In this document: positions 18,801 to 25,317 of the stretch, in pieces
How positions within the stretch are numbered: position 1 is the first letter of the stretch
Layout: every line of letters starts with the position of its first letter
Virus record (IMG/VR): IMGVR_UViG_3300034377_000007
Location: 1 to 64,000 of that record
Source: a virus
Direction: 5' to 3' (one strand)
DNA: 64,000 bases
The notes under the pieces: generated by a model
Databases searched by the model: none
What the model was told of the DNA's origin: nothing
Seen by the model: only the letters and a program-made list of their open reading frames with translations
Program-made: the position numbers and the translations under genes

Positions 18801-20943
18801 CATCAGACGATAAACCCTCGTCCGCCGGTTCCGTGTTTGCCCGCGCCGCTTCGCTGGAACCTCTGTGAATACGCCCGCCGTGACTGCCCGTTGCTGCGCT
18901 GACGATGGCAGAGAAGAGGGCGCCGGTCGCGCCGCCCGCTCCCGCAGCCGAGTAGATGCCGTCCGTCCATTCGCGCGACTTGTCGTAACCGACGATCTTC
19001 CTGGCTATTACATTGCCCGCCGCCGTCTGGAAAAACTCCTGTACGCTCTCCTCGAAGGTCTCCTTGCCCATCTCGATGAGAGCTTTCTTGAGCGTGCCCC
19101 CGCTGATCCTATCCAGACGACGAAGCGCGGTGCCGACACCAGCCACCTCCGAGGCACCGACGCCGCCGTTTAAGAGAGCCGAGAGGGTCGCATCGTCCTC
19201 ATTTGCTCCATGCCGCTTGGCATCCCTGTAGCCTTCCGACATCCCCATCGTGACGCCGAGCAGGGCCGGGACGACGTATGCCGATTTACTGATGAGCCCG
19301 CCGGATGCGAACCCGACGGCAGAGCCGATGGCCTGCGGAATCGTGGAGGCGATAAACTCCTCCTGCCTTGCGGGGTCGGTCGGGTAATGACGCCGCGCAG
19401 CTTCGCGGATAGCCTGCGCCCATTGGGCCGTGACCAAATCCGCCGCCTGGCTGGCGTCCCTGTAGGATTGCAGACCTTCGGGCAAGTGCCTGTCTATGTT
19501 GTAGGCAGTGATGGCTATAGCATCAAGAACCCCTGCCGGCATCTCGGCCACACCGGACAGGAACTGCCCGAACGCGTGCGCGCTGGTCGAAATGGGCTCA
19601 CTACCCACTCGTGCCCTGATACGCGGAGCGGAAGCTCGCGCCCGTGTCTCCTCTTCCGACTCGATGCGCCCTTCCGGCGAGAGCGTGCCGCCCTGCTGGA
19701 TATGGGCGATCTGAGCTGGTTGGAGGCCGAGGCGGCGCAGGGCTTCGGGTCTGACCTCTCGAATCTCCCCGCCTGAACCTAAGCCCCGCTCGCGTAGACG
19801 CTCCCCGACGGGCGCAAGTCCCGGCCCCTGTCGGTTCATTTCCTGTTCGATGGCTGCACGACGCTGCATGTAAGCATCGTCCGAACGGCGCACGTCGGCG
19901 ATGCTCGGCCTCTCTCTTTGCAGGCGCTCATATTCAGCTTTCGCCGCTGCGTATTCCTGCGCCTGCTGGTCGGCAAAGGTTGGGGCGAGCAGGCCGCCGA
20001 ACTCGGGGTCAACCGGCCTCTCGGTCAACTTCCGCCGTGCACGCTCCATGCGTGTGCGCGCTCTCTCCACCTGTCGCCTGCGTGTGCGCTGTGCGGCTCT
20101 CTGCCCCCGTCTCTGCTGCATTAGTGAGACCGCCTGCTGGTTGACCTGATCTATGGCAAGCGGATGATCGCGCCATCTCGCCTGTTCGGCTAACAGCTCG
20201 GGACTTGCAGGGGAGAACTCGTCTCCTTCACGCTCAGCCGGGGGTATGCGAGGGGACTGCACAGCCCGGGTTTCAGGCTGTGCAGTTTGCGTAGCAGAGG
20301 CGGTCGGCGGGACGCTGTTTAGCCGGATGAGTTCTTCGGGAGTGATCTTGTAAGTCCTGGCTATCTGCTCTAACGTATCCCCTTCGTGGGCGATGATATG
20401 GATGACTCCTTCGCCTGCCCAGTTCGGAACGGCAACCTCTTCTCCGCTTTTGAAGATGCGCGTGGGGGCCTGCTGCGTAGCGAAGTCAATCTCGGGCCTC
20501 GGCGTGAGCGACTGTCCGATCAAAGTAGGGCTGTAAGTCGGCATCGCCGCGCCGAGGCCCGGCCCGCGCCCTCCCGGCGGGCCGACGTGGATATGAGGAG
20601 CGGTGGATTTGCCCGGAACGGCTTTATCCCAAACCGTGTGCGGTATGCCCTGCCCCTTCAGCCATTCGGCGATCCACCGTACCTGCTCGGGTGTTTCACC
20701 CTGATTGATGCCGATGTCGAATCGCCCCTCGTGGGGGATGCCCATGCGGCGGTGGGTCTCGTCGTTGCCGAAGGAAGAGACGCGGATGTCCTTGCCGAAG
20801 ACGGAGCGATAGGCTTGGTTGAGGCGGTCGCGCACGTCCGCGGGGTCGAATGAGAGGCCCGGGGTGCTGCGGGCAGGCTTCGCCACGTCCGAGAAATCAA
20901 TCTCTTCCGGCCTGGCTGCATCTGAGAAGTCGATAACAGACAT
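9871..20943 (-). CDS. Giant multidomain polyvalent-type protein (3690 aa), probably virion-packaged and injected
   Basis: It is an uninterrupted 11-kb ORF upstream of terS. The domains seen by eye are listed as separate features below. Confidence 0.9.
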   Translation of the reverse strand: MSVIDFSDAARPEEIDFSDVAKPARSTPGLSFDPADVRDRLNQAYRSVFGKDIRVSSFGNDETHRRMGIPHEGRFDIGINQGETPEQVRWIAEWLKGQGIPHTVWDKAVPGKSTAPHIHVGPPGGRGPGLGAAMPTYSPTLIGQSLTPRPEIDFATQQAPTRIFKSGEEVAVPNWAGEGVIHIIAHEGDTLEQIARTYKITPEELIRLNSVPPTASATQTAQPETRAVQSPRIPPAEREGDEFSPASPELLAEQARWRDHPLAIDQVNQQAVSLMQQRRGQRAAQRTRRRQVERARTRMERARRKLTERPVDPEFGGLLAPTFADQQAQEYAAAKAEYERLQRERPSIADVRRSDDAYMQRRAAIEQEMNRQGPGLAPVGERLRERGLGSGGEIREVRPEALRRLGLQPAQIAHIQQGGTLSPEGRIESEEETRARASAPRIRARVGSEPISTSAHAFGQFLSGVAEMPAGVLDAIAITAYNIDRHLPEGLQSYRDASQAADLVTAQWAQAIREAARRHYPTDPARQEEFIASTIPQAIGSAVGFASGGLISKSAYVVPALLGVTMGMSEGYRDAKRHGANEDDATLSALLNGGVGASEVAGVGTALRRLDRISGGTLKKALIEMGKETFEESVQEFFQTAAGNVIARKIVGYDKSREWTDGIYSAAGAGGATGALFSAIVSAATGSHGGRIHRGSSEAARANTEPADEGLSSDALPDQIAPATSVEGQAENAQPSTVRQPKPAQPVTFTDTQGTVRGGTVEELTPEDGQRLRAEGEAPEGFSRVRGDDGNVRLVKLDRIAVDESARPAIQPEALKAIQAGIKRRATLDARIIDTYSIEIPEGYVRDVRHGQPVYVWKGTQSAEGDAPAAARGTEGASEARVNGAEEALLPQPSETDAAPVPESSQTIEAQLESARDENSPRVAVFYPKSSPEPGGTTGFIRVPVPDGLLLVKRTKARAMGLTSIKSIQDYVAQNGFEPLIGKVAPVTDTSVGPALRTEDAEGRELSTSIVPTEADAIAQAEVDRRQFPQTANQELLSAQEAAQRRVEENGLSESNAGTDSRGGKARSSDGASGVRRDFQVSAGAPRGDGPQAGQTELLRPTAEGNTLRVGDGRERSADSLPAASETQPPRQWRHADFGLVTESSNQSGVGQNRVRVTDDQGTEHIVQQSNGRGEGNRIMVPVRTRQGLRIAPKESNAPQAEEDQVQASQNAETTPTTAIKEPTLDKSAVVRQTVVRPEAFNALPVEKRQRASELIHEYQGLHYIDPSLVLPDQWARTSERQKRHQQNTLLRVFAIERELKELLKPEAQIQTEVAERELSKLDSRQVQLGRQKKDLQSMFARQLQSPRPNRYKTTLALVDKEIAELATKRTALQSQQPVSTPTAKSDLAHPAIEVPQALKPLTASRQTRAERKRQAKIDKAANRKPRQRQAPDPKKHSLRRFVQLSGGVKGEGEELKRLSQKELGKPFLVNKNSRFTVEQMAQAAYDAGYLRDIPDIVTDAEYGYVDPDKFLEAVENDARGIASHLSTENPIFEEIAALGEVSAEEEKLLEREARFMQDKDAAEMLAEIERTGEISSQIYDDLVTIGATYGLDEELIGITLRSLREIALARLASQDEASSDALLPQSEPAIFAEEVIDETEPEGEADTSFDFGENGAPQSSRKLSDYYQPEQGGLGFREAESGLFAEGGARPVERFEPPPNTTREEREYAERYYKEKELERSLGKDNVATLAGLQEDDVPPRVRRLASQVVKSADRVDTEVLADTLPAPSKLAELDRSSTPVSDYVNQPMLVGEKDLTSEQERLLAEIDRTGKLPSGLIEQPGTQEIANELNGLFGDGPLKMAQAAIKKITDTPEFKRWFAGSKVVDGQGRPLVVYHGTLADFTEFDLSKFGQTDSGSWGKGIYLSKNPDKAAEYALGNDYARAVGRPNDGTIMPVFVRIEKPITPTALDRIEADLYRNYSLKSGETWQDAIRGRLISEGYDGVYSADSDRVMVLHPDQIKSATGNRGTFSLSDPNILKMASVEQSRLRTIEHASDFIPSASSAREENIVTVNAEGGEVIRRALVSKVQDLEDAPTLDGLFLEPSQVRMIVKTLQGTARDMRDPEMGWSSDDVKPLNDLAGNLLDAAREGKGTAVIKFKDAPAAAEPHESFHAGSYLGAEGRVLEDRHTKIEELESHPAVSAWRNYYSSTREYMNASRGLAIEETAATIAGGDYAKLGLSDEEAANYLELWTRSFIERNGPNAFSEFKRQESHVRQAIENAKRAYNSSQADGESSALRESDQAGRRVAESPGGGTQGRDKEVPSGAEGEAREVRARALPSTLRTQGLRAADELYEVYPNKAALLDGKRLLEQIGFDAAESLLKSGQALGAEHIALSKMMQRALLSEAFATIDAEEASALRARAEALASTLAAAFTKAGQAIQAAQIADNSVEDVMATAARVARERGRELSEKEAARIHRAGEELESASAVLAVAGAEASGARAEVEQSRKLIGWAEEGALTMAEIDTLRKRLASLRDKEKRREDRLKELEGLLPERARKPRSGISVKRKAVELLAVDEADLMASVRASLGLGDVPLKMARRDKMPPMSERQPELMSGKEAEGQTGTSGRLEIEDAVSRFKRAYPNTKLTDRRGNPVTLYHGTTGAVEAFDLTKADPEASYGRAVYLTTSEKDASKYATDHPDRNVSKEGARVLKLFANLENPFRPDISTVTLEDLKRAVGSDSYLLSNIERNLGHIEADTSKPLSGQAVEYAVRAGFKPWRGAAELQKVLRNLGYDGVIYNPTKELGKHLKERGSHVVVFDPTNVVFAEGSKPSDAPTSAAQSNSSHLLKMAQVEESVRPLDEDTIDNLAKLGALKLLRAERGRLSVSAWKRVMLSDFGRGISSDLDRIHAKSVKLARQTIRQARHDRAIRRISERPGNEELSRDELEDIYREEREERKRLAAVQAEHEKAAREFEKGPKPGRIAGLRAKLGPKYGPRLSDATGKKEGPRLGEDLKRRPGPLLSEGVKSGPPKPTALDRAIARNALTHIDAIAATKLSRGLSPGHLVSEMMADHGLTATEARTAFMSGGEVLERARAEVTASREMAAALKKHVASTETERDQALASLQEARRARQEAGRRVARELDALKKSPAQRIVGTAWRASKGIPISLMASGEVSNLLRQGGVPSVMQPQLFPAFVKATTSSIRDAGFARNIDVIEQDPDFPLMQRMGIDFSFAGGNKGEEFFEDADVLQRIPIIKQTLGTFVRKSDQVFGGGLDHLRHALGKLWIDELRAKGVGYKDNPRAYKDVGRFINIVTGRADIGDHNTAATKAYLALGRMIGFAPRYRVSRLQFLTLPLNPSFWHAPPEARRIVYKNTARWWGTMAATFGALATLGWITNEALISLFDPDDDDWMKFKYGKIRIDLSAGNATHARTVLRLMMEAYRGLTGQVTGQMAFDKVIGEGADSIMGRWLHSGADPRASLMIEAATGETFDRRPFTWFGDYGIDGAIGTRLTPITYQNFFQTGRKEGFAYGAAQAGAEAVGLSANVYPDRADEPKTRAEKLAMRFVYKGERATSKKPDQETLRKLDELKTRSRRGEDVSREVIPLVASGVINENRGETIIKARSQTYLQEKFRLLSLEDARHVYSLATPAEQLSLKPILEQKEARQEEKDRKALDAAANPERAEIKRARAAKIQDRKRRRQELRANQ
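10790..10866 (-). other. Hydrophobic (TM-like) segment near the C-terminus of the giant protein
   Basis: The segment is WWGTMAATFGALATLGWITNEALISLF. Confidence 0.4.
12449..13218 (-). other. ART-like module 2 of the giant protein
   Basis: RRGNPVTLYHGT...YGRAVYLT...ASKYA...GYDGVIYN...HVVVFDP is a paralogous copy of module 1. Confidence 0.55.
14488..14502 (-). other. HEXXH (HESFH) zincin-type metal-binding motif in the giant protein
   Basis: PHESFHAG lies between the two ART-like modules. Confidence 0.5.
14882..15426 (-). other. ART-like module 1 of the giant protein
   Basis: FKRWFAGSKVVDGQGRPLVVYHGT...WGKGIYLS...AAEYA...GYDGVY...QIKSATGNRGTF resembles the ADP-ribosyltransferase-like domain of phage polyvalent proteins, as I remember it. 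Confidence 0.6.
20308..20403 (-). other. LysM-like peptidoglycan-binding motif of the giant protein
   Basis: HEGDTLEQIARTYKITPEELIRLNSV matches the LysM core (GDTL..IA..Y.....L...N). Confidence 0.65.
20581..20781 (-). other. LAS-type zinc peptidase-like segment of the giant protein
   Basis: The pattern IPHEGRFDIGI ... APHIHVG fits the H-x(n)-D ... H-x-H metal-ligand pattern of LAS / M15-type cell-wall peptidases. Confidence 0.5.
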
Positions 20944-20958
20944 GAGAAATGACTGGCC

Positions 20959-22089
20959 CTAATCCTGAATCGTGTAACCCTGCCGGACGGCTTCTTTCGC
21001 CACATCCTCCGGCAGCATGTTCAGAGCCTTCGCCTTCTGCACGACGGCATCCGAGCTGATCGTTTTTCCCGCGCCAGGATATCTCTGGGAGAACTGGTCT
21101 CTCGACATCTGCACGCGGTCTCTCTGGATGGCGGCAGACTGGGCGGCTATCTCCTTCTGCGCCTCTATTCTCCACCTGGCGATGCGCTCACGAGACTCTC
21201 TCGCCGCAGCCTGCGTCTCCTGGTTCATCGCTTGTGGTGTCGTGGTCGTTAATTGCCCATTCCCCCCGGGAGCGTTAACGGGCGCGGACTGGTCGCCTCT
21301 GAGCACATACCACGCTCCCGTGCGGGCGTCCTGTTTATAAGTAGCCTTTTCACCCTTCTTCTTGGCGATGACTGGTAGACCAAGCTCCCTCAAATCCGCA
21401 ACGGTCCGAGCATTCCCGGGGTCGTCCGGGTCGAACTCTTCGAGGTCGTTGATGACGGAGGCGACGGCGCGACGGCGTTGATCGAGGGCGCGGGCCCTGT
21501 CGGCTTCCTCCTTCCTACGCTGCTCCGTGTCCCGGTAGGTCGGCATATCCCGCTGGTTCGCAGCCTGCGCTCGTTTCAATTCCAGCTCGGCTTCGTTCTG
21601 CTCGCTCTCCTGGCTCATCTTCGATATCCCGGCCTGGCGCGCGATGTCCCGATTGTGGGCGATCTGTTCATCTGCCGCCGGGTTCAGGAGCCCCATAAGA
21701 GCGTTACTCAGCCTCTGGCCTATCAAGTTCCCCAGGGAATCGGACGGTCGTACAGGCTGGCCCGCCATCGCAAGCGCAGACATCCCGCGACCGTTCACGT
21801 CCACGACCCCCTGGCTCATAAGCTGCTGCAATCGCTCGGTCGGGTTCAGCGGGTTCGCTTCCCCCGGTGTTCCTGTGACGAGTCGAGGGCGCGTTGCTGC
21901 GTAAGTCGGACGAGGAGAAACCGTCTCCTGCTCAAGTGCTGGGTCTACGTCGAAGACCGGAGGGGCATAGGTCGGGTAATCCGTACGGGGTGCTGTGGTA
22001 TCATCTTCTGCCGTATAAGTGTAGCTAGGCACGATGCGCGGCAGTGGCACGTAGCTTGGGCCTCTTCTTCTATGCTGTGTAGATGTCAT
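20959..22089 (-). CDS. Hypothetical protein (376 aa), Pro-rich N-terminus and coiled-coil centre
   Basis: It is a complete ORF directly upstream of the giant gene and could be an internal virion or ejection protein on position alone. Confidence 0.6.
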   Translation of the reverse strand: MTSTQHRRRGPSYVPLPRIVPSYTYTAEDDTTAPRTDYPTYAPPVFDVDPALEQETVSPRPTYAATRPRLVTGTPGEANPLNPTERLQQLMSQGVVDVNGRGMSALAMAGQPVRPSDSLGNLIGQRLSNALMGLLNPAADEQIAHNRDIARQAGISKMSQESEQNEAELELKRAQAANQRDMPTYRDTEQRRKEEADRARALDQRRRAVASVINDLEEFDPDDPGNARTVADLRELGLPVIAKKKGEKATYKQDARTGAWYVLRGDQSAPVNAPGGNGQLTTTTPQAMNQETQAAARESRERIARWRIEAQKEIAAQSAAIQRDRVQMSRDQFSQRYPGAGKTISSDAVVQKAKALNMLPEDVAKEAVRQGYTIQD

Positions 22090-22145
22090 ATCTTTACCTC
22101 ATGCGCTCCAAAGACCCCATTACGCTGCCAATAATGGCTTACCCC

Positions 22146-22478
22146 TCAGCCAACCTTCTGCAAATCCCTAACCTGTTGTTCAAGGTGGGCGCAACGCTCT
22201 TCACACTTCTCGTTATCTGTGTGTAGCTGCCTGTTCTCATCCTTGAGCCCCTGCACGTCAACCTTCAAACCTTCGATGGTTTCCTTGTAGACCTTCAGGA
22301 CAAATGTGACTTCCTCCAAGTTAAGTTTTCGTGTCTCGCCCGCCGTCATCAACTCATCAACTCTGGTCTTAGCTTTTTCTGTACGCCTCCGCTCAACATA
22401 CTTATCAGCGAGGTCGAGAAGCTTAACCAGCACGGTGCTACCCAAAACGGCGAGGAGAAGTTGCCATGTAGGGCTCAC
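22146..22478 (-). CDS. N-terminal TM plus coiled-coil protein (i-spanin-like or lysis accessory)
   Basis: A GTG start overlaps the stop of the upstream membrane ORF (GTGA at 22475-22478). The sequence reads WQLLLAVLGSTVLVKLLDLA followed by heptad-rich E/K/L sequence. Confidence 0.45.
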   Translation of the reverse strand: MSPTWQLLLAVLGSTVLVKLLDLADKYVERRRTEKAKTRVDELMTAGETRKLNLEEVTFVLKVYKETIEGLKVDVQGLKDENRQLHTDNEKCEERCAHLEQQVRDLQKVG

Positions 22479-22927
22479 GTCGTTTTCCGCCCCAGTCTGA
22501 GGTAAAGCCACGCGGATTGAAGTGCCGCCACCGCGATCGTGGGCGATGCCGTTGAGCGTGGCGCTCCGATAAAGAGTAGCAGGGCGATAGTCGCCCACAT
22601 CACTGCCGCCCAAAACGACGCCCACTTTTTCGCCCTGACGAATACTCCCAAAGCTACCGCCACCTGCCAGAGCCCAACAACCAAAGCGATCAAGCCGTAC
22701 CAGTGCAAAGCGGCGTAGCGCTCCATTACGGCGTAAGCAGGCGTTGGGTAGTCACTAAGAACAAGAAACCAGAACGCCCACAACAGCGAGAGAAGGCAGT
22801 TCGCATACTCTGCAATCTCACAGCGATAGTTAAATCCCGCTTCAGCCTGCGATCTGAATGCACACCTGCCAAAGAAGGTTTTCAGCCCCATAAGTTCAAA
22901 CGCCCAGTCTGTAATAACCGCTGTCAT
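22475..22927 (-). CDS. Integral membrane protein (about 4 TM helices)
   Basis: It has four hydrophobic segments and is Trp-rich. It sits in the lysis-like neighbourhood. Confidence 0.55.
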   Translation of the reverse strand: MTAVITDWAFELMGLKTFFGRCAFRSQAEAGFNYRCEIAEYANCLLSLLWAFWFLVLSDYPTPAYAVMERYAALHWYGLIALVVGLWQVAVALGVFVRAKKWASFWAAVMWATIALLLFIGAPRSTASPTIAVAALQSAWLYLRLGRKTT

Positions 22928-23170
22928 GCGCTGACCCCTTTTCTCGTCCGAGGGAGATGCGCGCTCTTTATTCTCACAGGGCGAATTGCCCCTGACCTGT
23001 GAGATATGCTAATAGCTTTGTGCCGCATCACTGGTAGCCTCAGTGGTGTGTGCCGGTGAAGGCTTTCGGGCCTTCGTCGTGAGGCTCGGCGGGGTGTTTG
23101 CTGCATCCCGTCGGGCCGCTCCATTTTTCCTACCAATACGCAGGCAAGCCTTATTGACCGCCTAGCGCGA

Positions 23171-23199
23171 AATAACCTTCTGGCCTTTATCCAGAAGGT
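23171..23199 (-). terminator. Hairpin terminator after the 23200 gene
   Basis: It has a perfect 9-bp stem ACCUUCUGG/CCAGAAGGU starting right after the stop, followed by UAUUU. Confidence 0.5.
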
Positions 23200-23439
23200 C
23201 TAAGTTTTCAACGCCTCTTGCTCTCTTTCTCGCTTAACAAGTAATTTTCCCTTCATAATCAGTCTGTAAACGTCCTCATTCTGACACAGGCATTTAAGCG
23301 CCTCATGAATCTCAAGTGACTCAAGGTTTCGGCCAGCAAGCAAGGCCGCGCTATTACTGATCGTATCAATGAGACCGGTGCTTATCCCTTCGTCAGACGA
23401 TGCCTCAACATCAGCGCGAACTCTACGCTTGCACTTCAT
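23200..23439 (-). CDS. Hypothetical protein (79 aa)
   Basis: The internal Met gives an ATGA overlap with the upstream ORF at 23436-23439. Confidence 0.45.
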   Translation of the reverse strand: MKCKRRVRADVEASSDEGISTGLIDTISNSAALLAGRNLESLEIHEALKCLCQNEDVYRLIMKGKLLVKREREQEALKT

Positions 23440-23675
23440 CTTTTCTCTCTTGATCTCCTTAACCCGCGAAGAAACATTTGCATTTCTTCGTGCCTCATCC
23501 ATCGCCGCACTCGCTTGATCGCGCTCTTCATGTAAGCCCTTTGCAGTCCCTCTGGCGCGGTGTCAAAAGGCGGATAGGGCGCGTATGGGCCGTCCTGATA
23601 AGCCCGCAACGCTTCTGCTCGTACCCGCTCCATGAAGGACTTCATATTCAACCTACTAGCGTAGCGCCACACCAA
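23436..23675 (-). CDS. Hypothetical basic protein (79 aa)
   Basis: It is a complete ORF coupled to the downstream ORF. Confidence 0.45.
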   Translation of the reverse strand: MVWRYASRLNMKSFMERVRAEALRAYQDGPYAPYPPFDTAPEGLQRAYMKSAIKRVRRWMRHEEMQMFLRGLRRSREKR

Positions 23676-23918
23676 CCAAACCGTTGTCGCTTCGTATCAT
23701 CCAAAACGGCCAGGGGGCAGGGACACTCCCCCACCCCGGCCAGCCTAGCTTGGGTATCCAAAGAACTCTTTCAACCGCAGTGGTTGAAGGCAGACTCTAA
23801 AATCTGCATTGAAATAGTTAGTTATCAAACTCTTGATTCTAGGGCGGCAATTCCAAGATTCGCCGCCCTCTTTCTTTGTAGTAGAACCGCCCCTCTCATT
23901 TACTTCGCCCCGGCCTCT

Positions 23919-24164
23919 TCACTTCTGGATTGCCTTCTTAGCTTCGCTCGGCGAGATTTCGGCCAAGGCCGTGATCTGCGCCGCCGCCTTTCCCTTATCC
24001 GCCATACCCTGTCCGATGATGTATGCGACAATCGGTGAAAGGATTGTGCCGACCGATACGGGGTCAAGCTCTAGCCCGTATCGCGCGGCGAGCGCGACGA
24101 TCACACCGGCAATCATGGCGATGGCCTTTTTCGAGGTTACGAGCTGTTTGATTAAATTAAGCAT
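23919..24164 (-). CDS. Holin-like protein (81 aa, 2 TM, charged C-tail)
   Basis: TM segments AIAMIAGVIVALAARYGL and VGTILSPIVAYIIGQGMA are followed by a Lys-rich tail. It lies adjacent to a PG-binding-domain ORF. Confidence 0.5.
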   Translation of the reverse strand: MLNLIKQLVTSKKAIAMIAGVIVALAARYGLELDPVSVGTILSPIVAYIIGQGMADKGKAAAQITALAEISPSEAKKAIQK

Positions 24165-24166
24165 CT

Positions 24167-24436
24167 TTATCCCTTCTTCCTCAGTTCCTTATTGACCTCT
24201 CGAATCGTCACCTCGTCAATCTCACCCGTGACGACTAATCTGTGCGTGACCTGAAATGTTCGGATGGCGAATTTCAAGTCACTATCCATTCCACGACCTT
24301 GAGCGTTCTCGGGCAGGTAGCCCAAACTGACCAGTGCGTTTCTGAGGTCGCGGTATTCGTCATGTGCTATTGGTGGCGATTGCAGCCCCTCTGCCGTGTT
24401 TTCTTTCCCCTCCGGTGCTTGGGTGTCTAGATTCAT
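24167..24436 (-). CDS. Peptidoglycan-binding-domain protein (89 aa, no catalytic domain seen)
   Basis: LRNALVSLGYLP...DSDLKFAIRTFQVTHRLVVTGEIDEVTIREV fits the PG_binding_1 pattern (L..LGY...G.....A...FQ.....G..D..T). Confidence 0.6.
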   Translation of the reverse strand: MNLDTQAPEGKENTAEGLQSPPIAHDEYRDLRNALVSLGYLPENAQGRGMDSDLKFAIRTFQVTHRLVVTGEIDEVTIREVNKELRKKG

Positions 24437-24447
24437 AAGAGGCCCTT

Positions 24448-24504
24448 AAAACGACAAAAACCGACTCGAAGATAAAGTCCTTTTCAAGACTTCGCTTCGG
24501 TCGG
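24448..24504 (-). terminator. Long hairpin plus U-run terminator downstream of the tRNA-like RNA
   Basis: The minus strand reads CCGACCGAAG...CUUCGAGUCGG followed by UUUUUGUCGUUUU. Confidence 0.55.
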
Positions 24505-24568
24505 TCGCATTACGCAACGCCACGGCCCATTCGGGCCAGAACCGTTAGGTTAGATTGTCATCTGAATT

Positions 24569-24684
24569 AGCTATACGTCGGAGTCGAACCGACTTGTTTT
24601 TCTACCAAGACTAATCACGAATCGAACGTGAACAGCAGGAAGCCCCGAAGGTATTCCCCGTTGTGCGCCGCCAACTGGCATAGC
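24569..24684 (-). ncRNA. Non-canonical tRNA-like RNA (115 nt; tRNA-Ser(CGA)-like with a 27-nt inserted hairpin)
   Basis: The acceptor stem is 7/7 paired (GCUAUGC/GUAUAGC). There is a D-arm-like GUUG-GCGGCGCA-CAAC and a canonical T-arm GUCGG-UUCGACU-CCGAC. A 5-bp/7-nt-loop arm (UCACG-UUCGAUU-CGUGA) has CGA at the anticodon position. The variable region is 21 nt, and there is an extra UUCG-capped hairpin. Confidence 0.55.
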
Positions 24685-24744
24685 CATTCAGACTTTCAAA
24701 GCAGGATGTTTCGCACACCCTGCGGAAGCGTTTCGCGCTTGGCT

Positions 24745-25026
24745 CTAAGCCGCGCGCTCATTCTGATCAGATTGCATTGTACTACAATTCTCTTCCATTT
24801 CATCTAATAAATCCGCTATCTTGCGATGATCTTCTGCCGTCAAGGGTGTGGCGTGAATTTCCTTTCCATGTGACGCCGTGCTGCGGCTCTTGCCGATGTC
24901 CAGCAATAAAGCAATCGGATACTGACAGCAGGCGCATAGTAGCGACGGCCCCTTGCTGCGCTGTACAACCCTTGTATGCGAGAGTTCTAATACCACTTGC
25001 TCTTTATCTGTAGTATCAGCCATCAA
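24745..25026 (-). CDS. Hypothetical protein (93 aa)
   Basis: It is a complete ORF overlapping the upstream stop by 11 nt. Confidence 0.5.
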   Translation of the reverse strand: MMADTTDKEQVVLELSHTRVVQRSKGPSLLCACCQYPIALLLDIGKSRSTASHGKEIHATPLTAEDHRKIADLLDEMEENCSTMQSDQNERAA

Positions 25027-25270
25027 TCACCGTCGCCTTTATCACGTCCAACTCTGGCCGCAGCCTCTTCATTATCTTCGCATCTGGAACCTCAATGTGT
25101 ATGATCTGAAGCGATTCAAACTCATTAGTTGATTCGTGCTCGGTTTTCTTCTCTTCAATCCACTCAGGGTTATCCTCAGAGGCGCATTCGTCAGTAACTT
25201 CCAGCGCTTCCGGCCCATACTCACCGGAATATCTTTCTTTGCGTTGTCCAAATAGTACGAATAGCTTCAT
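25016..25270 (-). CDS. Hypothetical acidic protein (84 aa)
   Basis: A GGAGAG RBS lies upstream of the ATG. Confidence 0.55.
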   Translation of the reverse strand: MKLFVLFGQRKERYSGEYGPEALEVTDECASEDNPEWIEEKKTEHESTNEFESLQIIHIEVPDAKIMKRLRPELDVIKATVIDG

Positions 25271-25317
25271 CTTTCTCTCCTTTAGCTCCCGGCCCCTCCG
25301 TCTCGTGGAAAAACCGA

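Noticed and set aside
9885-20853. There are many plus- and minus-strand ORFs of 60-190 aa nested in the giant gene, for example 19210-19776, 20386-20853, 13184-13573 and 17164-17502.
   Set aside because: All lie inside one uninterrupted 11-kb frame. Their products are Arg/Ser/Pro/Cys-rich, as expected for off-frame reads of GC-rich coding DNA. None has an RBS or a recognisable motif.
23478-24195. Plus-strand ORFs of 186 and 120 aa cross the holin region.
   Set aside because: They span a structured non-coding gap and run antisense to the holin-like gene. Their composition is Ser/Pro/Arg/Phe-rich.
24569-24684. I considered calling this a standard tRNA gene, or a tRNA 3' fragment marking an attP site.
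   Set aside because: It is 115 nt long and has an extra hairpin between the D and anticodon arms. It also has a pyrimidine at position 37 and no U8. Both acceptor strands are present, so it is not just an att fragment. I therefore report it as tRNA-like ncRNA rather than tRNA.
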